64,000 bases of DNA from Acidimicrobiia bacterium (GTDB lineage: Bacteria; Actinomycetota; Acidimicrobiia; IMCC26256; JACDBD01). The stretch covers positions 5,340 to 69,339 of the forward strand of contig DASZGY010000023.1 in assembly GCA_035938395.1 (NCBI GenBank), in the 5' to 3' direction. Position 1 is the first letter of the stretch, and the number at the start of each line of letters is the position of its first letter. Made by a program: the position numbers and the translations under genes. The notes below the pieces were generated by a model. That model saw only the letters and a program-made list of their open reading frames with translations. It was not told the origin of the DNA and did not search any database. Below, piece after piece: positions 26,713-35,548 of the stretch.

Positions 26713-27536
26713 GCACGCTACGGATCGCCGGGTTGCGGGTTGCCGTCGACGGCCAGGAGATCTTGCGCGGCGTCGACCTCGAGATCGCCTCGGGCGATGT
26801 CCACGCCCTCATGGGTCCGAACGGCTCGGGGAAGTCGACGCTGGCGCACGCGCTCATGGGCCGCCCCGAGTACGAGATCCTCGGCGGCTCGGTCACGCTC
26901 GACGGTCAGGAGCTCCTGGGTCTGCCGACGTGGGAGCGCGCGGCCAACGGGTTGTTCCTCGCGATGCAGTACCCGGTTGAAGTGCCCGGCGTGCGGCTAG
27001 TCGACTTTCTTGCCGCCGCCATCCGTGGTCGCGGCGGGGAGCCGAACGGGTTGACGGACCGGCTCGCAAGCGAGGCGGAGCGCCTCGCCGTCGGCGACCA
27101 GTTCCTGACCCGCGGCATCAACGTCGAGTTTTCCGGCGGCGAGCAGAAGCGCGCCGAGACGCTCCAGCTCGCGGTCCTCGAGCCCAAGATCGCGGTGCTC
27201 GACGAGATCGACTCCGGCCTCGACGTCGATGCACTCCGGGACGTCGCCCGGCGGGTCGAGGCGATGACCGAGGAGAGCAGCCTCGGCGTGCTCGCCATCA
27301 CCCACTACGCCCGGCTGCTGAGCGAGCTGCGCGCCGACCGGGTGCACGTGCTCATGGCGGGACGCGTCGTCACGAGCGGCGGGCCCGAGCTCGCCGACGA
27401 GCTCGAACGGGTCGGCTACGAAGGCTTGGCCGCGGAGCTCGGCGTCGAAACGCTCGCGGTCGAGACCGCCCGCGAGCAGGAGCCCTTCACCGACACGACG
27501 ATCGAGTCGAACCCCTTCTCCGACCCCCTGGCGTAG
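26709..27536 (+). CDS. sufC: SufC-like Fe-S assembly ATPase, divergent paralogue with C-terminal extension
   Basis: GTG 26709 (GTGA overlap). Walker A GPNGSGKST, signature FSGGEQKR, Walker B AVLDEIDSGLD and H-loop ITHY. An extra ~35-aa acidic tail follows (GLAAELGVETLAVETAREQEPFTDTTIESNPFSDPLA). Confidence 0.9.
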   Translation: MSTLRIAGLRVAVDGQEILRGVDLEIASGDVHALMGPNGSGKSTLAHALMGRPEYEILGGSVTLDGQELLGLPTWERAANGLFLAMQYPVEVPGVRLVDFLAAAIRGRGGEPNGLTDRLASEAERLAVGDQFLTRGINVEFSGGEQKRAETLQLAVLEPKIAVLDEIDSGLDVDALRDVARRVEAMTEESSLGVLAITHYARLLSELRADRVHVLMAGRVVTSGGPELADELERVGYEGLAAELGVETLAVETAREQEPFTDTTIESNPFSDPLA

Positions 27537-27549
27537 CCCTCAGCAGGCG

Positions 27550-28479
27550 CTACGCGTGCTGGCCCGGCGGCGGGATGGGGTCGGGCATCGTCGGTGGCTG
27601 CGGGCTGGGCGCGAGCGGCGTCGATGAGGTCACGTTGGCGGGCTTACCGCCGAACACGTGCACGGGATCGCCGCGGTTCACGAGCGTGTGGAAGTACTCG
27701 GCGATGTGCATCGGGATGCGTACGCAGCCGTGGGACGCGGGTGTGGTCGGCACCGAGTCGTAGCCGTGCACCGCGATGCCCTTGTTGAAGTAGAACGGGT
27801 TGTACAGCTGGCCGAGCGGTGACTTGTCCCAACCCGGGCGGAACTCGGTATAGGTGAAGTCGCCGGAGGGCGTATTGGCGTCCTCGCACACGTGACTGGT
27901 CGGGTTCTCACGAGGCGTGTCGTAGCAATAGTTCTCACCCGAGCCGGACGACATGGTCGTGATCAGCTTGGGCTGGTAGTTCTCGTAGAGCGTCAGGGTC
28001 TGCCCGGTGATGTCGACCTCGGTGCGGTTCGGCTCCGGCGTCGCGGCCATCGGTTGCTTGTACTGGAAGAAGTTGAGCGAGAACACGTCGGCGTCGGTGA
28101 TGCGACCGGTCGGGGCCGCGCCCCCGAGCTTCTGGAGCGTCTGCACCGCATAGGCGGTCTTCTGGTCGTAGATGCCGTCGACCGGGCCGGGATCGAAGTG
28201 GATGTCGGCCATCCGCTGCTCGTACGCCTGCACCTCCGGCCCTTGGGAGCCGGGGCCCACCACTCCGCCCGGCACCGGGGGGAGTGCTGCCCACGGCGGC
28301 TGGATGATCGTCGTGGGCGGTGGGGCCGCGGTCGTCGGCGCCGGAGCAGCGGTCGTCGTGGGCGCGGCGGTGGTGGGCGTCGGCGCGGCGCGCTTCGTGG
28401 TCTTTTCGTCGCGCAGCGCCGAACCGGCGACGGCGATGCCCGAGACGAAGAGCGCCGCGACCACCAACGAGACGAGCAC
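27550..28479 (-). CDS. L,D-transpeptidase (YkuD) with peptidoglycan-binding domain
   Basis: N-terminal TM, a Thr/Pro/Ala linker, a PG_binding-like segment (GPEVQAYEQRMADIHFDPGPVDGIYDQKTAYAVQTLQK) and the catalytic motif HGYDSVPTTPASHGCVRIP. Confidence 0.85.
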   Translation of the reverse strand: MLVSLVVAALFVSGIAVAGSALRDEKTTKRAAPTPTTAAPTTTAAPAPTTAAPPPTTIIQPPWAALPPVPGGVVGPGSQGPEVQAYEQRMADIHFDPGPVDGIYDQKTAYAVQTLQKLGGAAPTGRITDADVFSLNFFQYKQPMAATPEPNRTEVDITGQTLTLYENYQPKLITTMSSGSGENYCYDTPRENPTSHVCEDANTPSGDFTYTEFRPGWDKSPLGQLYNPFYFNKGIAVHGYDSVPTTPASHGCVRIPMHIAEYFHTLVNRGDPVHVFGGKPANVTSSTPLAPSPQPPTMPDPIPPPGQHA

Positions 28480-28610
28480 GGGGAGTCGGAAAACCTGCCT
28501 CAGGGCTTGCTCCTGTCGACGCTCGGAACTGCGAACTGTACCGGGGCGGTCACACCGGCCGGTGCCACCTGGCCTGCGGACGCCCGGCCCCGCCGGGCGC
28601 CCCGCTCAAA

Positions 28611-28628
28611 CTTGACCGTGCGGTCAAG
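28611..28628. promoter_or_regulatory. 18-bp palindrome CTTGACCG-TG-CGGTCAAG overlapping a candidate promoter (operator candidate)
   Basis: Perfect 8-nt arms. TTGACC (28612-28617), a 16-nt spacer and TAGGGT (28634-28639) form a plausible -35/-10 pair, with the palindrome ending 46 nt upstream of the LLM start (GTG 28675). A near-identical copy sits at 51511-51528. Confidence 0.55.
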
Positions 28629-28674
28629 GGTAATAGGGTGACCTCCGATCCAGGAGCCGGACCGGGGGGTCGCC

Positions 28675-29844
28675 GTGCGGTTCTTCTCGTTCCACCTCAT
28701 GCCGTACACGCAGCTGTCGCCCGACTACGACGGCCCCGCCTGGGTCACGTGCCCGAACGAGCTGTACGACCCGCAGGTCGGGAACGAGCTGTACAACACC
28801 TATCTCGACGAGCTCATCTACGCCGAGGAAGTCGGGTTCGACGGCGTCTGTGTGAACGAGCATCACCAGAACGCCTACGGCAACATGCCGTCGCCGAACC
28901 TGATCGCTTCGATTCTGGCCCGCCAGACGAGCCGCATCCGGATCGCCGTCGTCGGCAATGCCCTGCCGCTCTACGACCCGCCGACGCGGGTCGCCGAGGA
29001 GTTCGCCATGATCGACGTGATCAGCGGCGGGCGCCTGATCGCGGGCATGGTCGTCGGCGGAGGCCCGGAGTACTACTCGTTCTCGGTCAACCCGGCGCAC
29101 GCCCGGGAGCGCTTCCAGGAGGCGCACGACCTCATCACGAAGGCGTGGACCACACCGGGCCCCTTCGAGTGGGTGAGCAAGCACTACCGCATCCGGTACG
29201 TCAACCCCTGGCCGCGTCCGATCCAGCAGCCGCATCCGGAGATCTGGATCCCGGGGGCGGGATCCATCGAGACGATGGAGTTCGTCGCCCGCAACCACTA
29301 CGCCTACATGGGCATCCCGTACTTCCACCTCGACGTGTTCAAGCGGTACTTCTCGATGTTCCGGGAGGCGTGCGAGTCCGAGGGCTACGAGGCGGATCCG
29401 CTGCAAGCCGGTTGGCTGGTGCCGATCTACGTGGCCGAGACCGACGAGCAGGCCCGGCGCGAGTACGAGGAGCACCTCTGGTACTTCGTCAAGCGCCTGT
29501 TGCCGGGGATCACGATCCAGCCGCCCGGGTACACGTCGGTGCGATCCCTCGGCAGCATCCTGAAGTCGGCGGGGTCGTTCATGCTCAACGTCGAGACGTG
29601 GGATCAGATCGTCGACGGCCGCTACGCGATCGTCGGCTCGCCCGAGACCGTCACGGAGCAGCTCGTCGACGCCCTGAGCGCGCTGGGGACGGGCAACCTG
29701 CTCGGCCTGTTCCAGCTCGGAAGCCTGCCCGACCACCTCACGCGCAAGAACATGGCGCTGTTCGCCGAGCAGGTCATGCCGAAGCTGCGGGCCGAGTTCC
29801 CCGAGGGCAAACCGGTGCACCGCCCGCAGGCCGCGGTGGCGTAG
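28675..29844 (+). CDS. LLM-class (luciferase-like) flavin-dependent oxidoreductase
   Basis: MRFFSFHLMPY, FDGVCVNEHHQNAYGNMPSPN and VISGGRLIAGMV; the C-terminal part is typical of large LLM proteins. Confidence 0.85.
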   Translation: MRFFSFHLMPYTQLSPDYDGPAWVTCPNELYDPQVGNELYNTYLDELIYAEEVGFDGVCVNEHHQNAYGNMPSPNLIASILARQTSRIRIAVVGNALPLYDPPTRVAEEFAMIDVISGGRLIAGMVVGGGPEYYSFSVNPAHARERFQEAHDLITKAWTTPGPFEWVSKHYRIRYVNPWPRPIQQPHPEIWIPGAGSIETMEFVARNHYAYMGIPYFHLDVFKRYFSMFREACESEGYEADPLQAGWLVPIYVAETDEQARREYEEHLWYFVKRLLPGITIQPPGYTSVRSLGSILKSAGSFMLNVETWDQIVDGRYAIVGSPETVTEQLVDALSALGTGNLLGLFQLGSLPDHLTRKNMALFAEQVMPKLRAEFPEGKPVHRPQAAVA

Positions 29845-29849
29845 CCGCC

Positions 29850-30668
29850 ATGCCGCAGACACTGACCGAGGAGCGTGTCGACGCGCCCATCGGCAAGATC
29901 CAGGTGTTCCGGGCCGGCGCCGGCGACCCGCTGGTCTACCTGCACTCGGCCGGTGGCGAACCGACGAACCCCGCGCTCGAAGACCTCGCCGACTCGTTCG
30001 CCGTGATGGTGCCGGTGTTCCCCGGCTACGGGGAGTCGGAGGGCATCGACCAGATCGACAGCATGGAGGACGCCGTCTTCCACCTGCTCGACATGTGGGA
30101 GCTGCTCGGCGTCGACGCTCCGATCGTCGTCGGCCTGTCGCTGGGCGGGTGGATGGCGATGGAGCTCGCGACCCGTTACCCGGAGCGTGTCGGGAAGATG
30201 GTGCTCGTGAACCCGGTCGGCATCTACATCGATGACGTGCCGATGGCGGAGATGTTCGGCCGCACACCGGCCGAGCTCGCCGAGATGCTGTTCGCCGATC
30301 AGTCGCACCCCATCGCACAGGCGATGCACGCGATGGCGGAGTTCACCGGTGACGTCGGGCGTCAGGTCGAGATCCCGATCGAGATGGTGCTGCCGATGTG
30401 GAAGGCGATCAGCGCCACCGCCAAGCTCGGCTGGGACCCGTACCTCCATAACCCGAAGCTGCGCGGCCGCCTGCGCCGCATCACCGCGCCAACTCTGGTG
30501 GTCGCCGGCGCGCAGGACGGGCTCGTGCCCCCGATCTACGCCGAGACGTTCGCGGCCGAGATCCCCGACGCGCGCCTCGAGGTCATCGACGGTGCCGCCC
30601 ACTGGCTGCCGTTCGAGAAGCCCGCCGAGCTCGCCGCGCTGGTCCGGGAGTTCGCCACCTCCCGGTGA
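29850..30668 (+). CDS. alpha/beta hydrolase
   Basis: ATG 29850 within ORF 28320..30668. Nucleophile elbow VGLSLGGWMA, then LVVAGAQDGLVP and GAAHWLPFEKP. Confidence 0.85.
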   Translation: MPQTLTEERVDAPIGKIQVFRAGAGDPLVYLHSAGGEPTNPALEDLADSFAVMVPVFPGYGESEGIDQIDSMEDAVFHLLDMWELLGVDAPIVVGLSLGGWMAMELATRYPERVGKMVLVNPVGIYIDDVPMAEMFGRTPAELAEMLFADQSHPIAQAMHAMAEFTGDVGRQVEIPIEMVLPMWKAISATAKLGWDPYLHNPKLRGRLRRITAPTLVVAGAQDGLVPPIYAETFAAEIPDARLEVIDGAAHWLPFEKPAELAALVREFATSR

Positions 30669-31321
30669 CGACGGTGCGGCGGGTGATCGACCGTCTCGTT
30701 CGCGATGGGAGTGCGGTCGCGCGTTCCGACGGGACAGTGCACACCCTGTTCCCGGTCGCCGCGAGCCCCTCCGAGGGGGAAGCACTACGGAACTGGGTGG
30801 TGCGCGAACGCGCCGCTCGAACGATCGAAGTCGGCCTTGGATACGGAATCTCGGCCCTGTTCATCTGCGAGGGCCTTCTCACGAACGGCGCCGCCGGTTC
30901 GCGTCATGTCGCCATGGACCCGCACCAAGGCACGAGGTTCGCCAATTGCGGCTCGCAGTTCCTCGACGAAGCCGGCGTTGCGGACATGGTGGAGTTCCAC
31001 AACGGCGAGTCGCAGCTCGTTCTTCCTCGCCTGCTCGAGGACGGCCGTCGCTTCGATCTCGCCTTCGTCGACGGGAACCATCGCTTCGACGGCGTCTTCG
31101 TCGACCTCGTCTATCTCGGTCGGCTCATCCGTCCGGGAGGGGTCGTCTTCGTGGACGACTATCAGCTGCCCGCCGTGGCGCGCGCAGCTTCCTTCTTCGT
31201 GGCGAACGTCGGATGGACAGTCGCGCAGGTGTCACCCGCCGACGAGTTGCACCAGTGGGCCGTTCTCCGGACGTCCACCGTGGCGGACACGCGACGCTTC
31301 GACGACTTCGTGGACTTCTGA
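30665..31321 (+). CDS. class I SAM-dependent O-methyltransferase (Methyltransf_24-like)
   Basis: GTG 30665 (GTGA overlap). Motifs IEVGLGYGISALF, FDLAFVDGNHRFDGVFVD and LIRPGGVVFVDD. Confidence 0.8.
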   Translation: MTTVRRVIDRLVRDGSAVARSDGTVHTLFPVAASPSEGEALRNWVVRERAARTIEVGLGYGISALFICEGLLTNGAAGSRHVAMDPHQGTRFANCGSQFLDEAGVADMVEFHNGESQLVLPRLLEDGRRFDLAFVDGNHRFDGVFVDLVYLGRLIRPGGVVFVDDYQLPAVARAASFFVANVGWTVAQVSPADELHQWAVLRTSTVADTRRFDDFVDF

Positions 31322-31325
31322 GCCG

Positions 31326-32141
31326 CTAGGCGAGGATGGTGACGGGGGTGCCGAGCGGCGCCTGGGCGGCGATCTGCTCGATGATGTCGTTCGGGACGCG
31401 GACGCAGCCGTTCGAGATGTTCTGGCCGACCTGACCCGGGTTGCTCGTGCCGTGCACGGCCAGCTGGCCGGGGCCGCCCTTGAACGACGTCAGCACGTCG
31501 GAGTAGCCGGAGATACCGAGGGCGAACACGCCGTAGCCGGCGTTCGGCTGGCTGTGCAGGTCGAGTGGATCGGTGACGTAGAACTTGCCCACCGGGGTCG
31601 GGGTCTTGTCGGCGCCGACCACGACGCCGGAGTCGAGGACGGGCTGGCCGAGTTTCAGCAGCGTGAGCTTGTGCGCACCGAGCTCGATCCTGATCTCGTA
31701 GTCACTCTGCCCGAGGGTGACATCGCTCGCCTTGATCCAGCCGCTCGCCCCGTTGGGCCGGATCGGGAGCAGCACGTTGAGCCAACCCGGGCGGGAGCTC
31801 TGGTCGGTGACGAGGAACGTGCGCGGGAGGCCGTACTCGGTCTTGTCGGACAGCTTCGTGACGGCGGCGGAGGTCTCGACCGCGTCCTGGTACGCCGTGA
31901 GCTGGGGGACCTTCTGCGTCGCCGTGACCGCGGCCACCGGCTTGGGGACGGTGGTGGTCGTCGTGCTGGGGGCGGCGGCCCGCTTCCTGGGTGCGGCCTT
32001 GGCGTCGTCGCGCAGGAGGGCCCATCCGGCTATCCCGGCGACGGCGAGGCCGGCGACCACACCGGCGGCGATCGCAGCCCGTAGGCGTCTGCGGCGCACA
32101 CGGCGCGCAGAACGATCCGAACGCGGAGGGGTAGCTGCCAT
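31326..32141 (-). CDS. L,D-transpeptidase (YkuD)
   Basis: Basic N-terminus plus a TM segment. Catalytic region AVHGTSNPGQVGQNISNGCVRVPN. Confidence 0.85.
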   Translation of the reverse strand: MAATPPRSDRSARRVRRRRLRAAIAAGVVAGLAVAGIAGWALLRDDAKAAPRKRAAAPSTTTTTVPKPVAAVTATQKVPQLTAYQDAVETSAAVTKLSDKTEYGLPRTFLVTDQSSRPGWLNVLLPIRPNGASGWIKASDVTLGQSDYEIRIELGAHKLTLLKLGQPVLDSGVVVGADKTPTPVGKFYVTDPLDLHSQPNAGYGVFALGISGYSDVLTSFKGGPGQLAVHGTSNPGQVGQNISNGCVRVPNDIIEQIAAQAPLGTPVTILA

Positions 32142-32202
32142 GGGGCCCGCAGACTACCGAACAGGGGGCAGGCGGCGGATGCCGCCCCCGACCTCGCGGA
32201 GC

Positions 32203-32382
32203 TCAGTTCCCGGCGTGCGTGGACTCCTGCTCGAGCAGCTGCTCGAGGGGATCAGAGTCGGGGTTGATCGCGGCAAGGCGCAGGTCGAGTAGGAAGTCGA
32301 CCACCTCGGCCGCCGAGACGAGGTCGCGGCTCCGGTACTGCTCGAGTGCCGAGTCGATCATCGTCACCAGCGCCTGGCTCAT
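32203..32382 (-). CDS. small acidic hypothetical protein (59 aa)
   Basis: ATG 32382 is preceded by GGGAAGGGG with a 5-nt spacer. Codon usage looks coding-like. No family was recognised. Confidence 0.4.
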   Translation of the reverse strand: MSQALVTMIDSALEQYRSRDLVSAAEVVDFLLDLRLAAINPDSDPLEQLLEQESTHAGN

Positions 32383-32520
32383 CTCAGCCCCTTCCCAGTC
32401 GGCCTTCCGAGTGATCAACGTAGTCGGTCAACGTTCCATGCCCGTGTCACGTTTATATCCGGGGTGTGAACGACGTCACCCCGGTCATCGGGGCGTTTCC
32501 ACCCGAATAGCCTGAAGACG

Positions 32521-32976
32521 ATGCTCTCGCTCGGAGATCGCGCTCCTTCGCTGCAGCTCCCCGACGCGGCCACCGGCGAATCCGTCACCGACCCGTGGCG
32601 GGAGGGTCCCGTGGTTCTCGCCTTCTTCAAGACCACGTGCCCGGTCTGCCAGATGGCCGCGCCCAAGGTGCAGGCGCTGGCCGAGGCCGGGGTGCGCGTC
32701 GTCGCGGTGGGCGAGGACCCGCCGCCGGCGATCCAGACCTACGCCGACCGCTACGGCCAGAAGGTCCCGACGCTCAGCGAGACGGCTCCGTATCCCGCCT
32801 CGGACGCGTTCGGGATCGACACCGTGCCGACGCTGTTCCGCGTCGACGAGGACGGCACCGTCCGCGACGCGGTGGTGTCTTGGGACCGAGCCGAATGGAA
32901 CCGGTTCGCCGAAGCAGCCGGCGGTGCCGCGGTCTCGGACGAGGGAGACGGGCTCCCTCCGTTCCGCCCCGGCTGA
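32521..32976 (+). CDS. thioredoxin-fold redoxin (TlpA/AhpC-TSA-like), CxxC
   Basis: GDRAPSLQLPD...VVLAFFKTTCPVCQ with downstream VPTLFRVDEDG. Confidence 0.8.
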   Translation: MLSLGDRAPSLQLPDAATGESVTDPWREGPVVLAFFKTTCPVCQMAAPKVQALAEAGVRVVAVGEDPPPAIQTYADRYGQKVPTLSETAPYPASDAFGIDTVPTLFRVDEDGTVRDAVVSWDRAEWNRFAEAAGGAAVSDEGDGLPPFRPG

Positions 32977-32990
32977 AACAGCCGCAACGC

Positions 32991-33008
32991 CTGACCCGGT
33001 CGGGTCAG
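32991..33008. terminator. palindrome/hairpin between convergent redoxin and sufU genes
   Basis: CTGACCCG-GT-CGGGTCAG with perfect 8-nt arms, located between two stop codons. Confidence 0.35.
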
Positions 33009-33021
33009 CACGCTCCGAGGG

Positions 33022-33513
33022 CTAGGCGTCGACCGACTCGCGTTCGTCGAGACCTTGCTGGAGGGTGTTCCAGGCGAGGGTCGCGCACTTGATGCGCACC
33101 GGGAACTTGACGACGCCCTGTAGCGCTTCGAGGTCGCCGAGGCGCACGCCTTCGAGCTCGGCGGTGAGGTCCGAGCCGTCGCTCTCGCCCTCGAGCTTCG
33201 ACTCGTGGATGGACATCAGCGCCTTGAAGGCGCGGATGAGCTTGCGGGCCTCGTCGACCGGCTTTCCCTTCACCGCCGCGCTCATCATCGACGTCGACGC
33301 CTGACTGATCGAGCATCCCTGCCCGTCGATCTTGACGTCGCGGACGGTCTCGGTATCGGGATCGATGTCGAGGTAGAGGACGACCTCGTCGCCGCACAGC
33401 GGATTGAAGCCCTCGGCCTTGGTGGCCGGGGGGACCGGGAGGTCGCCGCGGTTCCGGGGCGAGCGGTAGTGGTCGAGGATGATCTCGCGGTAGAGGTCTT
33501 CGAGGCCGGGCAT
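33022..33513 (-). CDS. sufU: SufU-type Fe-S cluster scaffold/sulfur acceptor
   Basis: LYREIILDHYRSPRN, NPLCGDEV, DGQGCSISQAS and KCATLAWNTL. Confidence 0.93.
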   Translation of the reverse strand: MPGLEDLYREIILDHYRSPRNRGDLPVPPATKAEGFNPLCGDEVVLYLDIDPDTETVRDVKIDGQGCSISQASTSMMSAAVKGKPVDEARKLIRAFKALMSIHESKLEGESDGSDLTAELEGVRLGDLEALQGVVKFPVRIKCATLAWNTLQQGLDERESVDA

Positions 33514-33528
33514 CGGGGGGACTCCGTT

Positions 33529-34767
33529 CTAGATGGCGAAGAATTTCTCGGCCTTGGCCAACGACTCGACGAGTGCGTCGGCGTCACTCTCGTCGTTGTA
33601 CACGTAGAGCGAGGCGCGGGTGGTGGCGGGCACACCGAGCACCCGCATCAGAGGTTTCGCACAGTGGTGTGACGCCCGCACGCACACGCCGTCCTCGTCG
33701 AGCACCTGGGCGACGTCGTGGGCGTGAATGCGGTCGAACAGGAACGAGATCGCGCCGCCGCGCTGATCGACGTCGCGGGGGCCGTGAACGTGCAGGCGGT
33801 TCTCGAAGCGCTCCTCGAGCGCCCGGAGCGTGTACTCGGTGAGCTGCTTCTCGTGGGCGCGGACCGCGTCCATTCCGAGCGCCGAGAGGTAGTCGATAGC
33901 GGCGGCGAGCCCGCTGGCCTCGACGAACGGCATGGTCCCGGCCTCGAACTTCCAGGGCACCTCGTTGGGCTCGAAGCCGTCGAAGCGCACATCGGTGATC
34001 ATCTCGCCGCCGCCGAGGAAGGGCGGCATCGCGTCGAGCAGCTCGGCGCGGGCCCAGAGGCCGCCGAGACCGGTCGGGCCGAGCATCTTGTGGCCGGTGA
34101 AGCCGACGAAGTCGGCGTCCCACGCCTGCACGTCGACCGGGAGGTGGGGGACGGCCTGGGCGGCGTCCACGTTCACGAGGGCGCCGGCGGCGTGGGCGGC
34201 GTCGGACAGCAATCGGATGTCGTTCAGCGTCCCGAGCACGTTCGACATGGCCGTGACCGACAGGAGCTTCGCCCCGTCCAGCAGCCGGTCGAGGTCGGTG
34301 AGGTCGAGCTGGAAGTCGTCCGTGATCGGGATCCAGCGCAGCTCGACGCCGCGCTCCTCGACGAGGATGTGCCACGGCACGACGTTGGCGTGGTGCTCCA
34401 TCTCGGTGATGACCACCGCATCGCCCGGCCCGAGGTTCTTTCGGGCCCAGGAGTACGCGACGAGGTTCATCGCCTCGGTGATGTTCTTCGTGAACACGAT
34501 CTCGCTGGTGGCGCGCGCGTTGAGCAGCTTGGCCACCTTGGCGCGGGCGCCCTCGTAGGCGGCGGTCGACTCCTCGGCGATCGTGTAGATGCCGCGGTGC
34601 ACGTTCGCGTAGTGGTGGCGGTGGTGGTGCTCCATGGCGTCGAGCACCGAGCGCGGCTTCTGGGACGACGACGCCGAGTCGAGATACACGAGCGGCTTGC
34701 CGTTGACCTTGCGCTCGAAGATCGGGAAGTCGGCCTTGACGCGGCTGACGTCGAGGACCTCGGTCAT
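33529..34767 (-). CDS. sufS: cysteine desulfurase SufS (group II)
   Basis: FPIFERKVNGKPLVYLDSASSSQKP, HRG.Y, FTGHKMLGPTG (PLP lysine) and RASHHCAKP (catalytic Cys loop). The ATG overlaps the upstream sufC stop (ATGA). Confidence 0.95.
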   Translation of the reverse strand: MTEVLDVSRVKADFPIFERKVNGKPLVYLDSASSSQKPRSVLDAMEHHHRHHYANVHRGIYTIAEESTAAYEGARAKVAKLLNARATSEIVFTKNITEAMNLVAYSWARKNLGPGDAVVITEMEHHANVVPWHILVEERGVELRWIPITDDFQLDLTDLDRLLDGAKLLSVTAMSNVLGTLNDIRLLSDAAHAAGALVNVDAAQAVPHLPVDVQAWDADFVGFTGHKMLGPTGLGGLWARAELLDAMPPFLGGGEMITDVRFDGFEPNEVPWKFEAGTMPFVEASGLAAAIDYLSALGMDAVRAHEKQLTEYTLRALEERFENRLHVHGPRDVDQRGGAISFLFDRIHAHDVAQVLDEDGVCVRASHHCAKPLMRVLGVPATTRASLYVYNDESDADALVESLAKAEKFFAI

Positions 34768-35543
34768 CCCCCCACCTCCGCGGTGCGGAAGGCGTCGAAG
34801 CCTTCGCCCTCGAGGCGGTCGGCGAGCTCGCGGCCGCCCGAGGCGACGATGCGCCCGCCGAGCAGGATGTGGACGGCGTCGGGCGTGAGGTGCTCGAGAA
34901 TCCGCCGGTAGTGCGTGATGAGCAGGATCCCGAGCTGCGGTCGCGCCGAGCGGACCGCTTCGATGCCGCGGGCCACGACACCGAGCGCGTCGATGTCGAG
35001 ACCGGAGTCGGTCTCGTCGAGCACGGCGAAATCGGGCTCCATCAGCGCCATCTGGAGGATCTCGTTCCGCTTCTTCTCACCGCCGGAGAACCCCTCGTTG
35101 AGGTACCGGTCGATGAACCGTGTGTCCATGCCCAGCCGACCGGCCCACTCGATGACCGCCATGCGGACCTCGAGCACCGAGAAGTCGTCGATGCCCTTCC
35201 GGGCCGACAGCGCCTGGCGGAGGAAGTTCAGCACGCTCACCCCGGGGATCTCCTCGGGGTGTTGAAAGCCGAGGAAGAGCCCCCGGCTGGCGCGCTCGTT
35301 CGTCGACAGGCCGGTGATGTCCTCGCCCTCGAAGCGGATCCGGCCCGCCGTCACGTCGTAGGCGGGATTGCCGAGGAGCGTCGCCGCCAGCGTCGACTTG
35401 CCCGATCCGTTCGGGCCCATGAGGGCGTGCAGTTCGCCCGCAGGCACGGCGAGGGACACTCCCTGCAGAATCTCCTTGCCCTCGACCGCGACGTGGAGAT
35501 CGTCGATCTCGAGCGCGGGGCCGGGGTTCGAATCCGAGGCCAT
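34764..35543 (-). CDS. sufC: SufC Fe-S assembly ATPase, canonical-looking paralogue
   Basis: GPNGSGKSTLA, LNEGFSGGEKKRNEILQ, AVLDETDSGLDIDAL and ITHY. Confidence 0.93.
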   Translation of the reverse strand: MASDSNPGPALEIDDLHVAVEGKEILQGVSLAVPAGELHALMGPNGSGKSTLAATLLGNPAYDVTAGRIRFEGEDITGLSTNERASRGLFLGFQHPEEIPGVSVLNFLRQALSARKGIDDFSVLEVRMAVIEWAGRLGMDTRFIDRYLNEGFSGGEKKRNEILQMALMEPDFAVLDETDSGLDIDALGVVARGIEAVRSARPQLGILLITHYRRILEHLTPDAVHILLGGRIVASGGRELADRLEGEGFDAFRTAEVGG

Positions 35544-35548
35544 GGCCC

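Noticed and set aside
32991-33008. The 8-2-8 palindrome CTGACCCG-GT-CGGGTCAG as another operator of the same family as 28611 and 51511.
   Set aside because: The half-site sequence differs (CTGACCCG versus CTTGACCG). It also lies between two convergent stop codons, where a terminator-type hairpin is the simpler reading.
26709-35543. The two sufC genes as a recent tandem or segmental duplication.
   Set aside because: By eye the proteins agree at only about half of aligned positions, and the DNA is not recognisably similar. They are old paralogues.
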